Source: Mustelus asterias (Eukaryota). From it: a stretch of 64,000 nt of DNA. Positions within the stretch are counted from its first letter, which is position 1; every line of letters starts with the position of its first letter. Positions 41,970 to 54,760 of this stretch are shown piece after piece. Both the position numbers and the translations under genes were made by a program. Where the stretch lies: the NCBI RefSeq assembly GCF_964213995.1, contig NC_135808.1, forward strand, positions 65,596,001-65,660,000. Direction: 5' to 3'. The notes below the pieces were generated by a model. It had not been told where the DNA came from. It ran no database searches and saw only the letters and a list, made by a program, of their open reading frames with translations.

Positions 41970-42740
41970 AATCTCCTCATCCTTAACCTGTTGGCAGTCT
42001 TTGACATGATTGACCACACAATTCTCCTCCAAAGCCTCTCCAGCTGAGTGGAATTGTACTCAACCTGGTTTCATTCTTCATCTGTCCATCATAGCCAGAG
42101 AAACCCCTGCAATGGTTTCTCTTAATATTCCCACTATTTCTGGTGTCCCCAAATAATCTGTCTACAGTCTCTTCCTATCAGATTTATATTCTGTCCCTCC
42201 ACTGCATCATCTAAAACAATTATCTACCTCCACATGTACATTGATAACAACCAACTCTACCTCAGCACCAACCTGTCTTGACCCCTACGTTATTTCTAAA
42301 TTGACAGACTGCTTCTCTGACATGACAGCAGAAAATTCCTGCAACCAAATACTGAAAAAGAGAAAGCCAAAGCCATTGTCTTTGCTACTCCATTCTTCTG
42401 GAACCGTCTGAAGCTGAGCCAGTCTATTTGCGACATAGTACTTACAATCAGTGTTGTTCTCTGTAAGGCCATCGCCAACTATCTCCATAACTAACAAGGC
42501 CTAACTCCACCTGTCCTCAGCTCACCTGTTGAACATCTCATCAAAGCCATTGTTAACCTTAAGACTTGACTGTTTCAGTGCACTCCTGCCTTTTCTCCCT
42601 TGATCATCTGCTAGATCATCCAAACTTCTGGCCATGTGCAGACTTGTACATAGACCCATTCACCCATCACTCCCTGCTCATTGACCTATATTGGCTTCTA
42701 GTTAAGAAATACCTTGGAAGTTTTCATCCTTTCCAATTTC
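41970..42740 (+). mobile_element. Decayed L2 LINE RT fragment
   Basis: ctcatccttaacctgttggcagtctttgacatgattgaccacacaattctcctc corresponds to LDLSAAFDTVDH.ILL. Degenerate GVP and Y.D.TQLYLS motifs follow. Confidence 0.7.
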
Positions 42741-44470
42741 TGAAACCTCTGCTGGTGTGAAGAAGTCTGACATCCTGAGATCATGAAAGGCTCAAGTTCT
42801 TTTACTAATCAAGAAATATATTGGGCTGTAAAGTCCGTGCTCCCCAGCGTTGGATTGGAGTGGATGTCCTAAAGATGTGCTGTTGAATTCCTCATGGAAC
42901 TTCACCGATTAGTGTTTGCATAGAAGTTACCCAATATGGCAACAGCTGCAGTAATCCAGGTAAATTAAAGTTCCCATTGAAATTAACAGGCCAGGGAGAA
43001 AGTAACTCTCCAAGGTATGTGGATAGGATTTGGGGTGTGGGAGGATAGGGGGTAAGAGATCAAGGAAGGGAGTCAGACCTCAGTGGTGGGTGGGGAAGTC
43101 AGACCTTGGGGTGGTGGGAGGTAGTCCCATGTAGGTGGTGCGGGGCGGCGGTGGATCCCAAGGGTTTGGGAAATACTTTGGGTGTGTGGTGCCAGTGGAG
43201 GGGTTGTGGGAGTCCCCTGGGTGGTTGGGGCTTTCTGAGCATTCCTTGGGGGGAGGGGGGGGTGCGGGAGGGGTTCAGTATGGGTTTTTTCAATAGTTAC
43301 CCAGGAGTTAGAAAAGGTTTTAATTCTAATGTTTTCTAGGTAGCTATTTGTGTAAAACAGTTGGAACCATCTTAAGTTTGTGATTCAAATCGCATTTTCT
43401 GATCGTTCCCAGCGTCGGGAAGTTTACACTCCTGGGCAAAATAAATGTAGTACAATTATCCCCATTGTCTTCAACACCTAAGAGAGAAATTCTCGCTCGG
43501 TAATGCTTTGGAAACAGACATTCAATAGGTAGTTTTTGGACTTCCCAACCACTCCCCCGTGTGTATGTGCAAATCGCATTCTGTAAGTTTAATCATCACC
43601 TTGTGTTTGTGTGCTTTCAAAAACTAAAATATAAGTAAAGAAATATAGATTGTGATGCTATTTTTTCCGAAATAAGGAACTTCCTGGATCCCAAAAACTA
43701 GATGGTAAACCAGTATCTTTGTTACAAAAGCAAATAACTGCTGATAGGAATCTGAAGCAGAAACAGAAAATGCTGCAAAATCTCAGCAGTACTGACAATG
43801 TGTGGCGAATAGTGCTAACATACTGAAAGACTGCCTAATATCATGCCCAGTACTTGACCGAACTTGCACACTATTCCTTTTGCTACTGCAATTATCACTG
43901 CGTGATTGAAATAACACATTGTTAACACAATATTTGGGATGTAATCTGCTTGCTCTGCACCACAGGTGCTTATACTTTGATAGTATGACAGGCCTTTTGG
44001 AAGAAAATTCTCAGGCTAAACGACTGCTTATGTCGCAGTTGTGAAGTGGTTTCAGTTGATTATTTCTGGAAACTATTACGTTAATGCCTTACAATTGTGC
44101 AACACATGCATGGATAATTACTAAAATAGAGACCTGAGCACATGATGTGGGCTAACCTTTCATTGTGGTGCTGGGGGATTACTGGCTTGTCACGCCGTAC
44201 TTCAGATGAGAAAATAAACCTTGCTGCCTGTTCCTTTTCTCTCCTCTCAGGTGGATATAAAAGATCCCACAGCATTATTCAAAGAAAAGCAAAGGAGTTC
44301 TTGATGTCCTCGACAATACATATTGCTCAGTTAACATTACTAAAAAAAAGAGCAATTCATGTAACTCATGACTGTTTGTGGGATCTTGCTGTGTGTAAAT
44401 TGGCTGCTGCGTTTCCTACAGCCGAAACTTCAAATGTACGTTCACATGTCCTGAGGCTGTGAAAGACATA

Positions 44471-44589
44471 GGGCGGGGTTTTATGGCCCTGTTAGTCCTA
44501 AAATCCCGCCCGAGGTCAACGGACCTTTCTATAGTCCGCCCCTCGCCCGCTCCGATTCCTGTGGCGGGCAGGGCGGTAAAATTCCAGCC
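44471..44589. mobile_element. PIF/Harbinger-type MITE
   Basis: Termini gggcggggtttta / taaaattccagcc with a 3-bp TSD ATA. It interrupts a Deu-SINE tail. A related copy in the opposite orientation is at ~58995-59118. Confidence 0.7.
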
Positions 44590-44746
44590 ATAAATGCTTT
44601 ATTGTTCCTCGAGCATATAACCATGAAAAGGCAGCTGTGACCCATTTGGTTGCTAGCAAATGATGACAACCACTCTAACCACACATTCCCTTGACCAACT
44701 GCAGTGATGCGGCTTTTGCAACAAGTTATATATTTCTTCTAATTAA

Positions 44747-44920
44747 GAACAGAAAATGCTGGAAAAACTCAACAGGACTGGTAGCATCTGTGGAGAGAGA
44801 AACAGAGTTAATATTTCACGTCTGTTGAGTCATACGGACTCGCAACGTTACCTCCTGTTTCTCTCTCCACAGATGCTGCCAGACTTGCTGAGTTCTTTGC
44901 AGCATTTTCTGTTTTTATTT
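44747..44920. mobile_element. Short palindromic Penelope-derived element (second family)
   Basis: About 65-bp inverted arms aacagaaaatgctgga...aacagag / ctgtttctctctccacag...cattttctgtt. The centre gagtc-atacg-gactc-gcaacgtta resembles hammerhead helix II plus GAAACGUUA. Single-arm relatives are at ~8322-8450 and ~43725-43810. Confidence 0.7.
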
Positions 44921-47900
44921 CTACTTTTCCTTTCTCAATGTTACAAAGCCAATGTACAGAGTGGATATGGCAAGCCCTTAATCCAACTCCTTGCTTGCTC
45001 CAAAAGTCAATTCAAATTCAGATTGAATCCAATTCAGGATCCCCACAAAAGGGGCATTCAAGATCCAAGCTGACAAGAACAAGAATTACATCTGGGCTTG
45101 TTATTGGCTAAAATATATATTTCTTGCAAGTTATTTCCATTGAGTGTGGAAATGTTGAAAGATTTGGCAGCTATTTTCTGCTGGTCCATGAGGGCTCCTC
45201 CTTTAGCTACCATGCCCTAAATGGCAACCCTGGACTTCCATTGGATTGGTCCATGATGACGCTTGGCAAAGTAGTGCAGTGGTTTGCTGCTGCCTTCTGC
45301 AGTTTGGCTAACCAAGGAATTCCCCTGCTCTCACTGACTGCTGTTCACATCTTGGAAGGACTTACAGGCTGATCGTCAACCTGTTTGGCCACATTATGAA
45401 CGCGGTCAAGTCTGGAAGTGAGATTTGAACCCAGAGCTAGGGACGCTACCAAAAAGACCTCCTTGGGTCTATGATACAGAAATGCCAAATAATATCCTTC
45501 CGTAATAAATAGAGGATAACCTTACCATTAGGGCCAGGTAAGTCAGGAAGCACTTCTTTATACAAAGGTGAATGAAAAAGGGGAACTCTCTTCCCCAAAG
45601 GATTCTTTATTCCTGCCTAATTGAAACTTTCAAGGCAAATCAAATTATTTTGAGAGGTCAAGAGATTAAGGAGCCAAGGCAGATCAATGGAATTTTGGCC
45701 TGGTTTGGGCTTGATCCAATTGAATAGCAAAACATATTTGAGAGGCTAAATGATCTAGTCCTTTTTCTAAGCTCCACATTGAATTCACTAACGTGCCAGT
45801 ATCACACAATGGTGGATTCTGAAATTTTAAACCCCAGACAAATAAAGCTAAATTGTTGCTTCAGTGTTTCAAATAAAAACTTAGTGAGTCAGCTGGTTAA
45901 AGGAATTGAGAGTTGCAACCCTGGAAAGCTTTAAGAACTTTATTTCTTCCTATCTCAAATCTACTTGAAGCTGTTTTAACTTTAGCTCTGCAATCAGTCT
46001 GCATCAAACAACTTACTCAAAACTACATTATCCAAACCCCTCATCCATTTGAAGAACTGAACCAGTACTTTTCAATCATCTTTCGCGCAAAGAAGTCAGT
46101 TAATAAAGTCTTTGTAACTTGATGTTTTGTTGCTGTTACCCTTTGAATCCATTTCTTTTTGGAACGTAGGCTGCCCAAGTTTATCTCCAATATTTTAGAT
46201 ATAATCTTAGCAAAAAATCACAGAGTGAACTCATTTCAAATGCTCAGTCTGTGCATAACAGTTTTATAAATGGTAGCCATGATTTTGTGGACTTGGTTTC
46301 TCATAATCCTTACTATTCTTAATTGCGTCATGATTAAGTCCAAAAATGATTGCTGAAATGGTGTATATTTTTACAATTGATCCTTTCTCTGCTTTATGTA
46401 TGTTGTGATGGTTTTGCAATCAGCAAAAATCCTTGCATACCTCACTCTTCTTCATGAGTGAAGTTAGTGAGTGCCAGGGGCTCATTGAACATGAAGTGCT
46501 TCCTGTTTTCCTACAAATTCAATGTTGTTCTCCTGCAACATTGTCCCCACTCCAAACATGCACACACATGTGCAGATACTCACATGTAGGAGATCCAATA
46601 CTTGTGTCCAGTATTGGTGATTTATTGAAGAATTTCAGAAAAAAATGGGAAATGCCATTTTAAATCTTTTTACAAACATTATTTCAGCAATGTAATTGTC
46701 AGACAAACATTACTTTTGCTGCCAATTAAAGGTTCTATAATATACTGCCAATTGAGCTTTATATGTTTAACCTTTTTTATAGTACATTGAATGAAGATAA
46801 TTTCACAACGTTTGCTATAATTTAATCTGTTACAAAATATGGTTACAAAGATGACAGACCAACTGGCCCATCCATTGATGATCCTTTATGTATTATCATA
46901 CAGACAGGTACAGTTATTCACGGCTTTGTGAATAGATTTCCAGCTCTCTCTCGCTCTCTCTCTCTCGAAGAGATTCAGAAAATCTGTCTTCACCACATAA
47001 ACGGCAAACCCGGTCTACAGGTGCAATGCTCTCTGGAAAGACAGAATTGCCTTATATCCAGCCCAGTACTGTGCCCTGATATAACTTGTAAGAGTGACCT
47101 TGGTCCTCTCTACCTAATGCACTTGAAATAATAAGCCAATGGAAATACAATTGAGTCTCTTGATTAGAACACCCCTGACTCTACACTGCTCTGCATAATA
47201 CAGACACGCACCTCTTGTGTGCCTACCTGGATAACTAAGGTGTTTTAATCATGTCTTTCTTCCCTGCATCCTTTCCAATGCCTCAATATCCCCACCATGT
47301 GATGGGAACAAAATTGGACACAGAACCCTATTGAAACCTAACCACACCCTTACCAGGACAAAATGATACTCTTTTCCTCTGCTGAAGCCAACCTAGAACT
47401 CTGTTTGCTTTAGCAACAGCTTTATTGCATCGGGCATGAATCTTTCAAGACTGAGTTTATTTAAGTATTTTATTTATTAGTGTCACAAGTAGGCTTACAT
47501 TAACACTGCAATTAAGTTACTGTGAAAATCCCCTAATCACCACACTCCGGCTCCTGTCCGGGTACACTGAGGGAGAATTTAGCACTCAGACTGTGGGAGG
47601 AAACCAGAGCACTCATAGGAAACCCACGCAGACATGGGGAGAACGTGCAGACTCCTCACAGACAGTGACCCAAGCCGGGAATCGAACCCGGGTTCCTGAA
47701 GCTGTGAGGCTGTGCCACCCCCGTGTATGTATTACATGTATGTATTACATATATAAAATGCTAAATATGATTTAGATTATGTCGGAACTACAAAAATTTA
47801 TCACGACTCAGCTGGTTATTCATCAATACAATACATTAAAAAGCTGTTGCTTTATTAAAATGAGCCACTTCATATAACAAGATTATTGACAATAGAAGGA

Positions 47901-49134
47901 ATGCTCTTCTCAACACTCCTGCATTCCTTTGGTGATATGTCACATTACTGCTTTGAATGAACCCATAAAAAAACCATTTAACCATGAGGCAAAGAAACAT
48001 ACCGTTGCGCTATAGTTGCTTTACAAGTCTGAGTTGTAGGTTGAGGTCTTGCTCTGGGCCTTGACATGTTATTATCCCTCATGCTGTTTTGTGGTTCTGT
48101 TTTAAGTCACGGTCTTGCAGTGATCTGGCACCAAGTTTGTTTGCCAACGTGCTGATTCTAAGCATTGAGCGCTGGGGAATTGTGGCAACCCAAACATGAC
48201 CTTTTGTGGCTCACTTCACAAGAGGTCAGTGCCGCAAACACTTCTTGTTTTTTTTTCTCAGCCAGCATGAGATCAATTTCTCTTTGAAAACAGATGCTCT
48301 GTAAACATTGAATGGTACCTTGCTTTTTTTGTGTTTCCTAACACTCCTTAATCACATGAGAACTGCAAATATGTTACAGTCAATTCTGTCTGATTTTATA
48401 TTCTATCAGACAGATCTGAATTGTAACATTAGAAGAATTATCCGCATAAACACTTTGAAACATTTCCAAACTGTTGATAATCTCAGGAATAAAGAAAAAT
48501 AAATCCAATACTCCTATTTTTGCCAGATTGGCCAACATTTTTGAGTCAAACAAGTGGTTGGTTAAGCATTGCATACAATATTGAACCACATCTGAGAACA
48601 TTGCAATGTTATATGCAGTATAATTATAGAGGAATTATCCTCATAAATATTTGTACTTTCAGACAGTTTACAAGGCATTTACAATTCAAGCACAAGAGGA
48701 AGCAATCCAATATTTCATACTTCAGTTTCTGCCAGCATTTTTGAGTGAGACAAATATCTTGATGAGCACTATGTGTAACATTAAACATCAAAGTGCATCT
48801 TAAGTTGGTATTAGAGGATTAGGAGCAAAGCGTAACTTTCAAAGTTCTTGTTAGCCTCGGGAATGCACTGCCTGAGAGTGTGGTGGAGGCAGAATCAATC
48901 GCAGCCTTCAAAACAGAATTGGATAATTATCTGGAGAGAAAATATGGGGACTGGTGGAGTTGCTGTTGCAGAGGGCCAGCATAGACACAAAGGGCCGAAT
49001 GGCCTCCTTCTGTCCTGTGACCATTCTATGATTCTCACAATCATGAATTTCATTACATAATTCCATTTCAACTCGCCTCATCGTCTCGCTCGAGTTGAAT
49101 GATCAAAGTGTCATCAATTGTGATGTCGACAGAC

Positions 49135-50020
49135 AGGGAACATCCTCCGGGATCAGTCAGGTTCACTGGAATATCTGTAGGGAAGTCAAATTCACTAGAA
49201 TATCTGCAGGGCTCAGTCAAATTCGCTGGCATATCTGCAGGAATCAGTCAAGGTCACCGGCATATCTGCAGAGATCAATCAAGTTCACTGGAATATCTAC
49301 AGGGATCAGTCAAGTTTGCTGGAATATCTGCAGCGATCAGTCAAGTTCGCTGGAATATCTGAGGATCAGTTAAGTTCACTGGAATATCTGCAACGATCAG
49401 TTAAATTCACTGGAATATATGCAGGGATCAGTCAAGTTCACTGGAATATCTGCAGCGATCAGTCAAGTTCGCTGGAATATCCCCTGCGGATATTCCAGTG
49501 AATTTAACTGATCCCTGTGGATATTCCAGCAGACTTGACTGATCGCTGCAGATATTCCAGTGAACTTGACTGATCCCTGCAGATATTCCAGTGAATTTAA
49601 CTGATCCTCACGATCAGTTCAATTCACTGGAATATCTGCAAGCATCAGTCAGGTTCACTGGAATATCTGCAGGGATCAGTCAAGTTCACTGGAATATCTG
49701 CAGGGATCAGTCAAGTTCACTGGAATATCTGCAGGGATCAGTCAAGTTCACTGGAATATATGCAGGGATCAGTCAGGCTAGCTGGAATATCTGCGGGGAT
49801 CAATCAAGTTCACTGGAATATCTGCAGGGATCAGTCAAGTTCACTGGAATATATGCAGGGATCAGTCAGGCTAGCTGGAATATCTGCGGGGATCAATCAA
49901 GTTCACTGGAATATCTGCAGGGATCAGTCAAGTTCACTGGAATATATGCAGGGATCAGTCAGGCTAGCTGGAATATCTGCGGGGATCAGTCAAGTTCACT
50001 GGAATATCTGCAGGGCTCAG
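49135..50020. repeat. 31-bp minisatellite with an inverted block and 93-bp higher-order repeat
   Basis: Unit AGGGATCAGTCAAGTTCACTGGAATATCTGC, about 28 copies; units at ~49483-49610 are reverse-complemented. Confidence 0.97.
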
Positions 50021-51009
50021 CCCTCTTTGCTGAGCTCACTTCCCACTGCTCTGCAGCTCAGGGACGCCTTCAGTTTATTTGAGTCCCATCAATGTCTCCT
50101 TCATTTACCATACATGAAAGGCAAAACCAATTCGTAATGTTGCCTGAGGTCACAAGATCCCAACTTTCTGACATAGAAATTCATGGCATCCAGCGAACTG
50201 ATCAAAAACTCAGTTTTAGCTTCAGAGTAAAAGCTAGTCTTTTATCGAGCTAAGAGCTTTCAGTGCTTACCCTAGAAAAGCTTAATAACTCTGGCGTCCA
50301 TTAGCTGAACATGTTTTCTTCTTTAGAAGGTGAAGAAGTTTCACATTCATTGGACCAGAAATTTCAGTATAGGCCATGCAGTTATCCAGCATGATTAACA
50401 TGCATCTGCCCTGAGCTCAGAATTTCCTATCCATTGATCAAATGCACTCTTCGCAAATCATAACATTCTTCAAAGAACATCAATTAACATGTTACGCGAT
50501 GCCTGCAAGGAAGTGTTGGACATTTTTGAAAGATTTTGGCCACTCACTTTGACTGACGAACAGTTGAGAAATGCTTCTAAGATGTGTCCATTCTGTCGTC
50601 CAGAGGAAATGTTGCATGCACCTTGTCCCTTATAGAAAATAGAGCCATGTCATGATCATGTTAGAGACTGATCACTTTTAAAAGCTTTCTTAAAGAAACA
50701 GCCAATCCCAAAAAACCTATCTAGAACAAAAGGCAAAACTTGGTGGCAGCAGACAACAAGTAAAAGACTCCCTAAAAAACTCCAAAAAAAACCTATAGAC
50801 ATGACAAGCCTACAGATCTTTGCGAAAAGGATTAAAAGAAAATTGATTAAAGATCCATTTGAAAAACTTGAAGCCTTTGTGGTGTAGCAGAAGCAAGGTT
50901 TGACACAGACCCAGAGTCCAGATAGCAGTGAGCACAGACCAGAATTCACATGCCAGACTGATGAAACAGCAACAAGTATAGAGTTTAGTACAAGCATAGA
51001 GTGTACATT

Positions 51010-54000
51010 GCCACTCCTCCAAAGCACTGAAGCCTCGCAGAAAGCTCAGCTGACATAACTGGAGAAAGAGGTTTTCCCAGTATAGAACCACTTCTGGTTT
51101 GCACAAGATGGAATGAAAGAATCAGGTCAGGACTTTACTGTCTGCAGTTGGACCTATTGCCAATGATCTACTAACCACACATGAAATTGCTGAAGATTCC
51201 TCTAGGCATACAATTTGTATTTCAACATTTTAAAAAGTTTAATTGTTGAGTGAGCAAAAGTCAATAAGAGAAAAAATCCCAGTGAATGCATGAAGTCATT
51301 TATCAATGACCTATATAGGCTAGCAGAAAATTGTGACTGTGGGATATTGGAGGAAGAATTGATTTGTGATCACATAGTGGGGGAGGAGGGGGGTCCTAGA
51401 TAAGTTCTATTCAATCTCTTGCAAACAATCTAATATAATTAAGGCAGTACAAAGCGCACAACAGGCCAACCTTGTGAAACTAAATAAATCAGTTTTTTGT
51501 GGCGAAAGTGATGTCCCTTTGAAATGAATGAGTGAGGCCATTCAATATGTTGACCACAAAAGAGAAAGTGCAGTGAATTGGAAACCTGTGAAATCAGGGT
51601 AAGGAGCTCCAATCACATCTTCAAACGTTTGTGATGTGACAGGGAAAACCTGCACAGTGGAAAGAATGCCCAGCAGAGGGCAGCATAGTGCCACAGCTGT
51701 GGGAAATTAGGACATTTTAAAATTGTCTGCTCACCTAAAACACAAACAGCCTAGAAAACGAAAGGGAGAATAACAAGGTCAAACCAGATACTGTATCAGA
51801 AGTGGAAGAACCACAGAAAAATCCAAAAAACCAACTTTCCTATGAGAGGTGAAAGAAACAGAAAATAATTACTGGAGCATTAATCTAGAAGTGGATGGAA
51901 ACTCCTTGGAGTTTAAATTAGATACAGGCACAGGTGTTTCAGTCTTATCTGATGAAGTAAAGTGGCTTAAGCCCATTACACTACAACCATCGTCTATCCA
52001 AATACAAGGTCTAGGTTGGACTATGCAGAAAATCATAGGACAACACCAGGTAAAATTAAAATACAAGGATAGAGAAATCATTGTTACGAAGGGAGCCATG
52101 CTTACAACTGATGTTGGTTTACAAAGTTGATGAAGTTGCTGATGTTCGGCACAGTAAGGCATTCAGGAATAGATTTCTAACATTATTTACAAGCTTTGGA
52201 AAGCTAAAGACTGAAGCTCATGAAACCCTAAGAGCTGATGCTAAACCAATTGGCCTCTTCACATTGAGGGAAGTCTTTCACATATTCCTGGACAAAGCCA
52301 AGAGTGAAATTCACCACATGTTACGGCAGGGGGTTATTTCTCCAATGACCATGGAATGGTCACAATCCCAATGCCTAATGGCTCAATTAGAATCTCTGTG
52401 GACATGACTCAACAAAACAGCAAGAGATAACCTCCCCATCTCCCTTTGACATTCAATGGCATTACTGTCACTGAATCCCCTACTATCAACATCTTGGGGG
52501 TTACCATTGACCAGAAACTAAACATGACCAGCCATGTAAATACTGCAGCTACAAGAGCAAGTCAGAGGCAGGGAATTCTGCTGCAAGAAACTCATCTCCT
52601 GACTCTCCAAAGCCTGTCCACCAAGTCAGAAATGTAATGAAATACTCTCCAATTGTCTGGATGAGTGCAGTTCCAACAATCCTCAAGGAGCTAAAGTCAT
52701 CCAGGACAAAACAGCCCACTTGATTGGAACCAATCCACCACCTTCAACATTCATTCCCTCCATCACCGACGCACAGTGGCAAAAGTATGTACCCATCTAC
52801 AAGAAGCACTACAGCAACTGGCTCTTTTGTCAGCACCTTCCAAACCTGCAACTTCTATCATCTCGAAAGACAGGGGTTGGAGATGCATTGGAACACCATC
52901 ATCTGCAAGTTCCCCTGAAAGTCACTGTATTGTTGTTCCTTCACTATTGCTGGATCAAACTCTGGAATTCCCTTCCTAAGGTAGAATTGCTTTTGCTCCA
53001 GAAATACTCTGGAGAACAATGTCTCACAAGCTGGAAGACAGAAAAGGAGTAATATGCCATATGAACCACATAGTTGTACACAGATCCTTGAGGGAAGAAC
53101 ATGACCATAGAGTAAGAGCAGTCCTTAAAATTTCCACAGAAAATGGATTTGACGTTGAACAAGGAGTGTGAATTTGCAAAGTCAGTGATTAAATTCCTAG
53201 GGCACATGGTGCAAGCTTCAGGAATAACAGCCAATCCACAGAAAGCTAAGATGAATAGCATTCCCACAACCCAAGAACATTATAGAGCTGCAAAGATTCG
53301 TTGAGATGGTCATCAAGTTTGTAGGTTCTTACCGAATTTGGCAGGAGTCAATGAGGCATTGGAGTACCAGTTGAGTCAAAGCCGACAGTGGTGCTGGAAC
53401 ATGGACCAGAAAAATGCTTTTCACAAAACCAAAAATCTTCAAATTTCACCTGTAAATTCTACCGTGCTATGATCCTGAACTGCCAACAACTGTAGCAGCG
53501 GACATATTGTCTACAGATCTGAGTTCAGTATTGTTTCAAGTTCAAAAGATGGTAAAGATAGACCAGTTTATTACACCTCAAGTTCACTCACAGACACAGA
53601 GAAAAGGTATGCAACAATTGAGAAAGAAGCACTGCGGCAATAGAGGCATGCAAGAGGTTCTCATATTATATGAGAGGATTGTGGTTTAAATTTGAACTGA
53701 CCACAAGCCTTTGGTTACTCTTCTTAACCTAAAGGAGATTGCAAAGATGCTGCCTAGGATTCAACAATTCAGACTGAGACTAACTAATGAGATATGATTC
53801 AGTAACTGAGTATGTTCAAGGGAAGCACCAGATGATGACAGGTGCATCACCAAGAATACCAGTGGAAGCAACCAATATGGAAACTTCGAATTTCAATGAG
53901 GAAGTGAAAACATATGCCAAACACTTACTGGCTACTGAAAAGAGGTTACAAAAAATTAAACAAACACAGCAGCAAGATGACGAATGTATCCAAGTGATGG

Positions 54001-54050
54001 AATATTGCCAGAAAGGATGTCAACACCACTGGAAAAATGAATGTTACACC
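51010..54050 (+). mobile_element. Decayed Gypsy LTR retrotransposon (gag-PR-RT-RNase H)
   Basis: In order: gag WRKRFSQYR and CDCGILEEELICDHIV; zinc knuckle CHSCGKLGHFKIVC (~51690); protease FKLDTGTGVS (~51915); RT pieces MLRQGVI and EEHDHRVRAVL; RNase H YATIEKEAL and TDHKPLV. A possible polypurine tract ggaggggga|tgtt is at 54196-54208. Confidence 0.9.
52428..52980 (+). mobile_element. Non-LTR retrotransposon 3' fragment nested in the Gypsy RT
   Basis: Reads TFNGITVTESPTINILGVTIDQKL..SHV followed by EYSP.VW and LWNSLP, which are LINE RT C-terminal motifs. A homologous 3' end is at 57895-58180. Confidence 0.8.
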
Positions 54051-54239
54051 ATCAGTTTTCAGCCGTCAACCTCTGCGAAGGAATTCCTCATGGGTCTTTG
54101 GTTCTGGACCTTACATGAACCAATATTTATTTTCTCTGTGGTTTCTGTACTATAAAACCTTCTTTTTGCTATCCCTCTATTTACTGCATGTGCACGGAGG
54201 GGGATGTTGCAAACCCTCCTTTTCACATCTTTTTGAATA

Positions 54240-54760
54240 TATCCTTATCTGAGGAAGGATGTCCTTGCTATTGAGGGAATACAGCGAAGGTTTGCCAAGC
54301 TGATTCCTGGAATGGCAGGTCTGTCATATGGAGGAGAGACTAAGCCAGTTAGGATTACATTCACTGGAGTTTAAAAGAGTGAGAGGGGATCTCATTGAAA
54401 ATTCTAATAGGGTTAGACAGGGTAGATGCAGAACGAATGTTCCCGATGGTGGGGTAGTCCAGAACTAGGGGTCATAGTTTGAGGATAACAGGTAAATCTT
54501 TTAGAACTGAGGAGAGGGGAAATTTTTTCACCCAGAGGGAGGTGAATGTGTGGAATTCACTACCATGGAATGTAATTGAGGCCAAAACATTAATTTCAAG
54601 AAGAAATTAGATATGGCTCTTGAGGCTAAAGAGATCAAGGGATATGAGGAGAAGGGAGGGGATTAGGATATTGAATTTGATGATCAGCCATGATCAAAAT
54701 GAATGGTGGAGCAGACTCAAAGGGCCGAATGGCCTACTCCTGCTTCTAGTTTCTATGTTT
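54240..54760 (+). mobile_element. CR1 LINE 3' fragment
   Basis: Encodes PYLRKDVLAIEGIQRRF and RGHSLR, followed by 3' UTR gggccgaatggcctactcctgct and a ttctatgtt tail. Confidence 0.88.

Noticed and set aside
49135-50020. CRISPR-like array or repetitive protein ORFs (49591-50082 and others)
   Set aside because: The units are head-to-tail with no unique spacers, there are no cas genes and the context is vertebrate. The ORFs are by-products of a stop-poor 31-bp repeat.
51849-54155. Intact or domesticated Gypsy pol gene
   Set aside because: It has numerous stops and frameshifts, a nested LINE replaces the RT core, and I found no integrase core or paired LTRs.
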